Below, in pieces: positions 9,272 to 16,571 of a DNA stretch of 64,000 nt (the stretch's first letter is position 1; every line of letters starts with the position of its first letter). This DNA is from Candidatus Eiseniibacteriota bacterium. GTDB lineage: Bacteria; Eisenbacteria; RBG-16-71-46. Where the stretch lies: the NCBI GenBank assembly GCA_013140805.1, contig JABFRW010000052.1, positions 371-64,370 of the forward strand, given 5' to 3'. The notes beneath the pieces are model-generated. The model was not told the origin of the DNA. It saw only the letters and a list, made by a program, of their open reading frames with translations, and ran no database searches. The position numbers and the translations under genes were made by a program.

Positions 9272-10926
9272 TGCGCGCCGATCGAGCGGTCGAGCCACGG
9301 CATAATCCGGAGCCGCGAGGTGTGGCGAAGGGTCGGCTCGCGCGAATGCTGTTCCCGCTCGGGATCGCACTCGTCGTCTCAGTCTGGCTCCCGACGATCA
9401 CGAGCGCGGAGACCTCGTCGACCCGGCAGGACTCGCTCCCAGACGGAGCCTATTCTTTTCCGTTCGAATTGTATGAAGGTCTTGTCATTGCAAAAGCAAC
9501 CGTGTCTGCAGATGGTGGCGACTCGGCGGGGACGTTCGTGCTCGACACCGGGGCCGGCTTTCTCGCAATCGACGATTCGCTCGCAATGTGGCTCGGAATC
9601 GCGGATTCGATTCCGTTTGGCGGCACCCCGTCGCTTGCTCCGCGTGCGTTGAAGCGATTCCAGATCGGCGATCACTCGATCGACTTCGTTCAACCGATCA
9701 TGACGATTGATGCCGACGTGATTCGCCGCGTCACCGACCGACCGGTGCTCGGGCTTCTGGGTCAGCGGCTCTATCAGGATCGCGCGCTGGTCCTCGACTA
9801 TGTCGCACGTCGCGTCACGATGGTGCCGTCGGCAGGTCATGATGCGGGCTCCCCCGCGCTCGAGGCTTCGCGCGTCGTGGCGAGTTCGTTCTACGGGGTC
9901 GGTGCGCGCGCCATTCCGTTTCGGCTCGCAGGCGACGGCAAGATCCTCGTGACCGCGCGCATCGTGGTCAGCCGATTCGCGCGTTCCAAGCCGTTCACTC
10001 TGGTGCTCGATACCGGAGCCACCAAGAGCACCCTTTTTCGATCCTCGCTCGAGGAACTTCGCGTCGATCCAAAATCGTGGAATGCGATCTGCGGCATCAC
10101 ACTCCCGACCCTGTTCGGAACACCGTCCGCATGCGTGGTGCGCGTACCGAGACTGGAGCTCGAGGGCTTCGTGCCGCATTCGGCGGCTGCTGCGGAGGCC
10201 GGGACGCCGCGCGAGACTCCACCGTCGAACGCATCCACTGCCCACGCCTCGAAAACCACACGCCGCATGCGGCCCGCAGTCAGCGCCACGCTGGGCGGCA
10301 ACGCATCCGCGAACGCCAATCCTGCGACGCCAGTGGCGAAAGCGCAGGAGGATTCGGCGAATGCAGTTTCGGACGAGTCGAGCCGAACGGCTGCCGATTC
10401 CGCTGAGCTGCGAACGAAGAATGCGCAGGACGCGGATCGCCGTACCGCAAAGGAGCCGTGGCGCGCGGAGACCGTCGCGATCCGGGATCACGATGCGATC
10501 CTCATGGACTCGCCGCTTCAGGCGGTGCTCAGCCAGATCGCGGGAGAATCGGTGCATGGCTTGATCGGATACTCGTTCCTCAAAGCTTTTCGAGTGACGA
10601 TCGACTATCCGAATCGAGTGCTATGGCTCGCTCCCGCCGCCGATCCAGATCCTCGACCTTTCGAATACTCGACGCCGGGACTCCAACTCGAACGCCGGGG
10701 TACCGAAGTTCGGGTCACGGGCGTGGTGGAAGATTCTCCGGCCGCCGCGGAGGGCATCTCCGTCGGCGATCGGGTGGTGAGCATCGACGGCCGCCAGGCG
10801 GCCTCGACCGATCTGACGACACTCGGTCGAGCACTCGAAGGCGAGCCCGGAAGTCATATCGAAATCGTGGTAGAAGGCACGAAGGGCGTCCGAACCCTGA
10901 AGCTGCAGCGCCGCAAGCTGCTGTGA
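9271..10926 (+). CDS. Secreted aspartyl protease with two retropepsin-like domains and a C-terminal PDZ domain; start uncertain (9271, 9322 or 9346)
   Basis: Signal-like LGIALVVSVWLP, two DTGA motifs (FVLDTGAG, LVLDTGAT), GLLG/GLIG, and PDZ SPAAAEGISVGDRVVSIDG. Confidence 0.85.
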   Translation: MRADRAVEPRHNPEPRGVAKGRLARMLFPLGIALVVSVWLPTITSAETSSTRQDSLPDGAYSFPFELYEGLVIAKATVSADGGDSAGTFVLDTGAGFLAIDDSLAMWLGIADSIPFGGTPSLAPRALKRFQIGDHSIDFVQPIMTIDADVIRRVTDRPVLGLLGQRLYQDRALVLDYVARRVTMVPSAGHDAGSPALEASRVVASSFYGVGARAIPFRLAGDGKILVTARIVVSRFARSKPFTLVLDTGATKSTLFRSSLEELRVDPKSWNAICGITLPTLFGTPSACVVRVPRLELEGFVPHSAAAAEAGTPRETPPSNASTAHASKTTRRMRPAVSATLGGNASANANPATPVAKAQEDSANAVSDESSRTAADSAELRTKNAQDADRRTAKEPWRAETVAIRDHDAILMDSPLQAVLSQIAGESVHGLIGYSFLKAFRVTIDYPNRVLWLAPAADPDPRPFEYSTPGLQLERRGTEVRVTGVVEDSPAAAEGISVGDRVVSIDGRQAASTDLTTLGRALEGEPGSHIEIVVEGTKGVRTLKLQRRKLL

Positions 10927-10927
10927 A

Positions 10928-11905
10928 GTGAGCCGGGTGCCTGGCGAGCCGCTCGCCACCGCCGCAGCAGCAGCCGCCACGCGCCGCGCCGGAAACGGCC
11001 GCTGGCTGGTCGCGGGGGCCGCAACGTTGTGGGGAACAACCGCGACGCTCGCTCGCTTCGTCTTTCATGATCGAAGCGTTTCGCCGTTCGTGGTTGTCGA
11101 GTTGCGCCTCGCGATCGCGGTCGCGGTACTCGGACTCTGGCTCGCGATTCGAGACCCGAGTGCGTTTCGAGTGTCAGCGAGCGCACTGCTCGAACTGGTC
11201 GTTCTCGGTGCCGTCGGTGTCACGCTGGTCCAGGTCAGCTACTACTACTCGATCGCGCATCTGGGCGTGGGACTGGCGATCCTGCTGCAGTATCTGGCGC
11301 CTTCGTTGATCGTGGCGCTCCACCTGATCCGCCGCCAGCCGACTCGCCGTGAGACTGCGCTCGCCGTGTTGATGGCGGCGAGTGGAACTGCGCTGCTCGT
11401 GAGTCGCGTCCCTCGAGAGGCGGCGGATGCCACTCCGCTGCAATGGGCGGTGAGTTTTGCGTCGGCAGCCTTTTTTGCGGGCTACATCCTGCTCTCGAAA
11501 CGGATACTCAAGACGCATCGACCCGAGACGACGCTGTTCTACTCGTTCTCGACCGCGGCGGTCGTCCTTGCGATCGTCGCGCCACCGTGGCGAATCGCCG
11601 CCGCCGGGTACGGCGCCGATCTGTGGCTGATGTTCGTGGCTCTCGGCCTACTCTCGACCCTCGCGCCGTTCGTACTCTTCAATTTCGGGCTCCAGCGCAT
11701 GCCGGCCGCCGAAGCGGGCATCGTTGCGACACTCGAGCCGGTCGTCGCGGTCATCTCGGCGTGGGTATTTCTGGGCGAACGCCTCGAATCACTGCAGTGG
11801 GCAGGCGCGGCACTCGTTCTCTCAGCAGCCGTCCTGGCGTCCGGTGCTGAAACGCCGACCGCAAAACGAATCCCCGCCACGCCGAGGCAGAGCAAGTTGT
11901 CGTGA
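10928..11905 (+). CDS. EamA/DMT family transporter
   Basis: About 10 hydrophobic segments; LLQYLAP and LEPVVA...FLGE signatures. Confidence 0.9.
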   Translation: MSRVPGEPLATAAAAAATRRAGNGRWLVAGAATLWGTTATLARFVFHDRSVSPFVVVELRLAIAVAVLGLWLAIRDPSAFRVSASALLELVVLGAVGVTLVQVSYYYSIAHLGVGLAILLQYLAPSLIVALHLIRRQPTRRETALAVLMAASGTALLVSRVPREAADATPLQWAVSFASAAFFAGYILLSKRILKTHRPETTLFYSFSTAAVVLAIVAPPWRIAAAGYGADLWLMFVALGLLSTLAPFVLFNFGLQRMPAAEAGIVATLEPVVAVISAWVFLGERLESLQWAGAALVLSAAVLASGAETPTAKRIPATPRQSKLS

Positions 11906-11936
11906 GTTTCGGCATGGCGGGGTGAATCCTCGGTGC

Positions 11937-12413
11937 CTAGCTGGCCCGAGCCAGGTTCGACTCGTCGCTGACGCGATGATGCGAACGGTGCACGGTGTGC
12001 AGTCGCGACTGCACTCGCTCGAGCCTCGATGCGCTCACGGTCTCGACCGCGTAGCGTTCGTCCCACACCAGATTCCCGCCCAGCCACACACGCAACTCGG
12101 GGTGTCGCTCGAGCAGCACCACACTGGTGCGACCCTTGAGCTCTCGAATCGCGCTCGCGATGCTCTGCGCCGGACGCAGGCCCATGAGCACGTGAACGTG
12201 ATCGAGTCCGACCGCGAGATCGACGACTTCGAATCCCCGCTCCTCGCACAGCGTGCGAATCAAGGACTCGAGCGTCACCGCATGGCGGTCCTTCATGACC
12301 GGTCGCCGACCGCGCGTGCTCCAGGTGACGAGATAGTGGAGTCGACTCCGGTACACGGGCTCCCATCGGCCAAGCAGAGCGTTCTGAACTGAGGGAGCGA
12401 TGACATTGCTCAT
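11937..12413 (-). CDS. IS200/IS605-family TnpA (Y1 HUH) homologue lacking the catalytic Tyr; probably domesticated
   Basis: LHYLVTWSTRGRRPV, DHVHVL (HUH), LKGRTS and W..RY..ETV match Y1 transposases, but the helix that normally carries YIxxQ reads ERVQSRLHTVH. Strong GGAGG RBS; no tnpB nearby. Confidence 0.85.
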   Translation of the reverse strand: MSNVIAPSVQNALLGRWEPVYRSRLHYLVTWSTRGRRPVMKDRHAVTLESLIRTLCEERGFEVVDLAVGLDHVHVLMGLRPAQSIASAIRELKGRTSVVLLERHPELRVWLGGNLVWDERYAVETVSASRLERVQSRLHTVHRSHHRVSDESNLARAS

Positions 12414-12434
12414 GATGCCGCCTCCTGCGGGGTG

Positions 12435-12450
12435 CTGAACGGATGTGCAG
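12435..12450 (-). promoter_or_regulatory. Putative LexA box upstream of the TnpA-like gene
   Basis: Minus strand CTGCAC-ATCC-GTTCAG, 21 nt upstream of the ATG; same geometry as the lexA promoter palindrome. Confidence 0.72.
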
Positions 12451-12462
12451 TTAATGGGTCCG

Positions 12463-12487
12463 AAAAACGGGAGCTTTCGCTCCCGTT
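12463..12487 (-). terminator. Rho-independent terminator after lexA
   Basis: Minus strand AACGGGAGC-GAAA-GCTCCCGTTTTT: perfect stem, GNRA loop and U-tract. Confidence 0.75.
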
Positions 12488-12509
12488 CGGGGTGCCGGTG
12501 CCGAGCGAC

Positions 12510-13124
12510 TCAGCGACCGACGGTTCGCATGACACCTTTCACGATTCCGAGCACACGAAACTCCTGATCGCTTCCAACCAGGATCGGCTTGTACTTCTCG
12601 TTCGCCGGTTCGAGTTCGAGGTGGGTTCCGCGAGGGCGGTAGTACTTCACCGTCGCCTCATCGCCGATCAACGCGACGATCATGTCACCCGACGAAGCAC
12701 GATCCTGACTGCGAACGATCACGAAGTCTCCTTCGAGGATCCCCGCGTCGATCATGCTGTCACCGCGAACCTTCAGCGCGAACAGTCCCTGCGTATCGCC
12801 GAACAGCTCGCCGGGCTTGAGCGATTCGTCGAACGAAGTCTCGGCGAGAATCGGTTCGCCTGCCGCGACGCGCCCGAGAATCGGAATGCCGCCGAGTTGC
12901 GGTAGTGGTCCGTCGTCATGCAGGAGCAGATCGATCCCGCGCGAAATCTTCGCGTTGCGGCGGATGAAGCCTTCCCGCTCGAGCGACGTCAGATGATGTC
13001 GGACGCCATTGGTCGACATGATCTCGAATGCTTCGCCGATCTCGCGAATGGTCGGCGGGTAGCCTCGCTCGCGAGCGAAGGTCCGGATGTAGTCGAGAAT
13101 CTCTCTCGCCCGCTCACTGAGCAT
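12510..13124 (-). CDS. lexA: SOS repressor LexA
   Basis: GYPPTIREIG wHTH with STNGV, GRVAAGEP cleavage site, GDSM catalytic Ser and ATVK catalytic Lys. AAGGAG RBS. Confidence 0.97.
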   Translation of the reverse strand: MLSERAREILDYIRTFARERGYPPTIREIGEAFEIMSTNGVRHHLTSLEREGFIRRNAKISRGIDLLLHDDGPLPQLGGIPILGRVAAGEPILAETSFDESLKPGELFGDTQGLFALKVRGDSMIDAGILEGDFVIVRSQDRASSGDMIVALIGDEATVKYYRPRGTHLELEPANEKYKPILVGSDQEFRVLGIVKGVMRTVGR

Positions 13125-13173
13125 GGCTTCTTCTCCTTCGGGGTGGGTCCGTCAGGGCCCTAGCACGTGCGGG

Positions 13174-13202
13174 ACCGTACTGCACACGCGTGCAGCCGTC
13201 AA
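13174..13202 (-). promoter_or_regulatory. lexA sigma70 promoter with a palindromic LexA box (13180-13195) in the spacer
   Basis: Minus strand TTGACG-17 nt-TACGGT; the spacer contains CTGCAC-GCGT-GTGCAG. Confidence 0.8.
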
Positions 13203-13343
13203 GAGAAAGAGTTCGGCTGGCGAGCGAAGCCCGTCGGACGGCCCCGATTCGTCACGCTCGTCGCCGCCTCGACGCCGAGGGCGTCACGCGCGACCACTGG
13301 GGCGCCGGTCGAGTCGAGCAGGTCTCATGGAATCCGGCGCAAT

Positions 13344-13536
13344 TGCGTTCCTCCTGCGCGTGAAGTCAGCGCCCGATGAATGGCCCTCGACTTGCCCTAT
13401 GACTTGAACGAGGTCGCAAGGCCTCGAACCACGACAGGCAAGGGGCGGGCGGCACGAAGCTCCGAGGTCGATCGCAATCGGGGGCCGGTCACTGAGGAGT
13501 CGGACCACCGCTGCCTTGTCGGTCGGGGGAAGCGCA
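13344..13536 (+). ncRNA. Candidate structured ncRNA of about 190 nt (6S-like size, family unassigned)
   Basis: Intergenic. By-eye pairing of 5' tgcgttcctcc with 3' gggggaagcgca, cagcg with cgctg, tggccctcga with tcgggggccg. Internal cgaggtc-GCAA-ggcctcg hairpin. G-U pairs favour the + strand, and a terminator follows. Confidence 0.45.
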
Positions 13537-13538
13537 CG

Positions 13539-13574
13539 CAAACGGGGACCGAAAGCGACTTCGGTCCCCGTTTG
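13539..13574. terminator. Hairpin terminator, probably bidirectional
   Basis: caaacggggaccgaa-agcgac-ttcggtccccgtttg, a perfect 15-bp stem downstream of the minus-strand TBDR. Confidence 0.8.
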
Positions 13575-13615
13575 TTCGTGCACTGCAAGGCTCTCGCGTG
13601 CGGGCATCGCGAGCG

Positions 13616-15667
13616 TCAGCGGATCGAGAGGCTGAGCCCTGCCGACCAGTTCTGCGGCAGACCGGGCTCGAAGTACTGCCCGCTGATGCCGTTGATGAAC
13701 ACCGACGAAACGTGCTCCTCGTCGGTCAGATTGTCGCCGCTGACGAACGCGCGCATGACGCCGATCGGCATCGCGTGCGCGTACTCGAGCAGCGCGCCGT
13801 ACAGCACGTAGCCCTCGACGAACGCGGTGTTCGCGTCGTCGGCGAAGTAGTGACCGACGTGCTTCAAGTTGCCGGACACGCTGAGCCCCGCCGGCAGCTG
13901 GTAACGGGCTTCGACGTTGACCAGCGCCTCGGGAAGTCCCGCGACGTCGTTGCCGTCGAAGTCGCCGAGTTCGTTCTGGTATTCGACGTACTCGTTCTGC
14001 GAGAACGTCAGCGCACCATTGAACGAGAGCTTGTCGACCGGCGACCACCCGAGCCCCAGTTCAGCTCCGCGCCGTCGCGACTTGCCGGCGGTAAAGAAGA
14101 ACGCGCCGCCGTTGAACGGCACCACTTCGTTGCGCACGTCGATCCAGTACAACGCCGCGTCGTAGCTGAGGCGACCGAAGCGCGAGTCCTGCGCTGCGAA
14201 CTCGCCCTTGGCTCCGAACTCATAGCTGGTCGAACTCATCGGCTCGAGGAACGGGTTGAAACTCGTGAGCGTGTCATAAGGCGGCGGCGGATCGATCTCG
14301 TTGAATGCCGGAGCCTCGACGCCTCCACCGACCGAGGCGTAGATCGTGTGCCGCTCGAACATGCGCGCGACCGAACCCTTCGGCGTCACCTGAGTGAAGC
14401 GTTTGGTCGCATTGAGCCGCGGCGTCACTCGATCCTCCGACAGGTACCAGAGGTTGTCGTAACGGGCAGCCACGCGTACCGCCCACTGCTCGCTCCAGGT
14501 CAACTCAGCTTGAACGAAGCCACCGGCCGAGTTGGAACCCTCGCGCTTGTTCTGGAATACGGTGGTGCTTCGATTGCCGCCCGGGGCGAGGTTGTAGAAC
14601 TGGATCGCGCCGTCCTGGAACTGATCGTCGGCGCCGGCAGTCCAGGTGCCGTAGAGCTCGGAGCTGAACGTGGTGCGATGTTGCACCGCGAGGTTTCCAC
14701 CGATGTGATAGCGATTGAAATCGCGGAATCGATTGCGCTCGGAGCGCTGAAGCGACTTGGGTTCCGCAAACAGCGTCGCCGAAACGCTCGTATTGCCCTC
14801 GAGTCCGCGCTCCAGCGAGAAGCCGAGTCGGCCCGCCCGATTGAAGCGCCGCTCGTTCCGGGTGACGAAAGTTGGGTTCGCCTGCTCGGGATCGGCCTCG
14901 AGCTGCGCCTGCGTCAGCGCGCCCGGAAAGAAGTTCAGATTGCTGACGAAATCCGCCAGCACACCGAGCCGCGTGCGGTCGTCGAGCGGCGCCGAGAAGC
15001 GCGACTGGATCGACGTGGTGGTGCTGCGACTGTGGGCCCGCCAGCCGTCGAAGTTCGAGTTGAAAACCGAGACGGTGCCGCGTCCGCTGCCCATCGCGAT
15101 GCCGGCCGCGCCCTGTTCGCGGTGATAGCCGAACGACCCTGCGCGCTCCTGGTATTCGATCCACGGTCGCTCGAAATCGAATGCGGTGCGAAGCTGCACC
15201 ACGCCGCCCGAGGCATTGCCGTAAACGACGGATCCGTTGCTGCGCAGCACCTCGATCCGGTCGGCCGAGCCCAGATCGATGAACTCGAGCGAGGTGCGGC
15301 CGTCGGGCTCGGTGAGTGGAATGCCGTCGGTGAGCACGCGAATGCCGCGCATGTTTCCGGCATTCGATCGTTCGCCGTTTCCGCGCGCGCCATAGCCGCG
15401 AATCGTGATGCGAACGTCCTGCCCGCCGCCGCGACTCTGCGAGAACACGCCCGGTACTCGAGCGAGTCCGTCGAGCAGGCTGATCCCGCGCGTCGAGCGC
15501 AGCGTATTTTTCGTGACGACCGACAGCGCCGCCGGCGTGCGCAGCACGCTCTCCGGCACGCGCGAGCCGGTGATCGAGATGCCTTCCAGCGGCACCACGG
15601 TCGAATCGGTGAATGTGCCGCCGGGCGCCGTAGCGAGCGCGATCGGCAGCACCAGGAACCAGGACAT
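13616..15667 (-). CDS. TonB-dependent receptor, YncD/PqqU-like
   Basis: Signal peptide; plug QDVRITIRGYGAR..RGIRVLTDGIP.T.PDG..IEVLR..YGNASGGV; C-terminal YFEPG..NW.AGLSL. GGAGGG RBS. Confidence 0.88.
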   Translation of the reverse strand: MSWFLVLPIALATAPGGTFTDSTVVPLEGISITGSRVPESVLRTPAALSVVTKNTLRSTRGISLLDGLARVPGVFSQSRGGGQDVRITIRGYGARGNGERSNAGNMRGIRVLTDGIPLTEPDGRTSLEFIDLGSADRIEVLRSNGSVVYGNASGGVVQLRTAFDFERPWIEYQERAGSFGYHREQGAAGIAMGSGRGTVSVFNSNFDGWRAHSRSTTTSIQSRFSAPLDDRTRLGVLADFVSNLNFFPGALTQAQLEADPEQANPTFVTRNERRFNRAGRLGFSLERGLEGNTSVSATLFAEPKSLQRSERNRFRDFNRYHIGGNLAVQHRTTFSSELYGTWTAGADDQFQDGAIQFYNLAPGGNRSTTVFQNKREGSNSAGGFVQAELTWSEQWAVRVAARYDNLWYLSEDRVTPRLNATKRFTQVTPKGSVARMFERHTIYASVGGGVEAPAFNEIDPPPPYDTLTSFNPFLEPMSSTSYEFGAKGEFAAQDSRFGRLSYDAALYWIDVRNEVVPFNGGAFFFTAGKSRRRGAELGLGWSPVDKLSFNGALTFSQNEYVEYQNELGDFDGNDVAGLPEALVNVEARYQLPAGLSVSGNLKHVGHYFADDANTAFVEGYVLYGALLEYAHAMPIGVMRAFVSGDNLTDEEHVSSVFINGISGQYFEPGLPQNWSAGLSLSIR

Positions 15668-15744
15668 GGAGTGTCCCTCCGGGATGAATCCACGATGACG
15701 AACGGCATGGGGTCACAGGCTTCCAGTTCACGGAAGCACGCGAC

Positions 15745-16452
15745 TCACGTTTGCATCGGGAACCGGCGCGGAGGCAGAAATCGTTCGATGGACGAACCCA
15801 TCGTGGTTCGGCACGGGCACCGCGGCCCGACGAGGCGCACACCCGCCGTCGCACTGCGCTCGAGTGCGCGAGCCGGTGCGTCGCATGCGATGAGCTCGCA
15901 CGTCGATGCGAGCGAGAGCGCCACGCGGGCAGGACCCCAGCCGAGCGGGTAAGGGCCGCCCTCCGAGTCGAGCCCGCGCCACCAGAAACCCTCGTGCATC
16001 AGGTCGCGCTCGGGTGCGTCGCCGGCCGCGAGTTCGATCGTGAAGCGTTCGCCGGCCGCCGACTCGTGCTCCCGTTCGTCAACGTGCATGCGCAGCTGCA
16101 ATCGCGCGGTCCGAGTGGCCAACCGCGGGACGCGCCAGCGAAAGTGCGTTTCGCGGCCTTCCAGCTCGGGGGTCACGCGGAGCGGAAAGCTGCGTCCGTC
16201 GTCGAGCGAGAGCAGCAGCTCGAGTTCCTCGACCGAAGCGCCGGGATCGTCCCAGTGAATCTCGACCAGACTGCCGGCCTGCACCACGCCGTCGTGCTCG
16301 AGCGCGATGCGAGGAACGGGCGGCACCGGGGCGCTCACGGCGGGTCCCGCAACCATGCCGCACCCGAACACCAGCACGAGCACCGCGTGCCGGCGCGCGA
16401 AGGCCCCGGATCGTCTGGCGGTGGGCGAGGTTAGAAAATGGATGGGGAGCAT
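15745..16452 (-). CDS. Hypothetical exported protein with an Ig-like beta-sandwich segment
   Basis: Hydrophobic N-terminal segment, then LELLLSLDDGRSFP..FRWRVP..ARLQL. Fills the gap upstream of the TBDR. Confidence 0.55.
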   Translation of the reverse strand: MLPIHFLTSPTARRSGAFARRHAVLVLVFGCGMVAGPAVSAPVPPVPRIALEHDGVVQAGSLVEIHWDDPGASVEELELLLSLDDGRSFPLRVTPELEGRETHFRWRVPRLATRTARLQLRMHVDEREHESAAGERFTIELAAGDAPERDLMHEGFWWRGLDSEGGPYPLGWGPARVALSLASTCELIACDAPARALERSATAGVRLVGPRCPCRTTMGSSIERFLPPRRFPMQT

Positions 16453-16571
16453 CGTGGGGGTGGGCGCGAGAGGGCCGGCAGGCTAGCACAGGCCCCGCGA
16501 GTCCGAACTCACGCCCGCACGAACGCCGGCCGATACCGGACGGGAACCCCGTGGCGCCAGGTCCCCGGAGC

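Noticed and set aside
11989-12002. TGCAC-GGT-GTGCAG as a fourth LexA box
   Set aside because: Spacer is 3 nt rather than 4, and the site is within a coding 3' end.
11906-12487. Active IS200/IS605 element or a TnpB/omega-RNA system
   Set aside because: No catalytic Tyr and no tnpB; only 31 bp separate it from the convergent EamA gene. The upstream hairpin reads best as the lexA terminator, though a relic IS end cannot be excluded.
13367-13380. glmS ribozyme (AGCGCCCG start)
   Set aside because: The downstream conserved core is missing and there is no glmS gene.
15668-15745. Cobalamin or other riboswitch upstream of the TonB receptor
   Set aside because: The gap is under 80 nt and no B12-box or other aptamer signature is visible.
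13598-15952. Long shadow ORFs (e.g. 13598-15952 +, 36441-38573 -, 42410-44662 -, 61222-63357 +)
   Set aside because: They are antisense or off-frame to well-supported genes, Arg-rich and without motifs, as expected in high-GC DNA.
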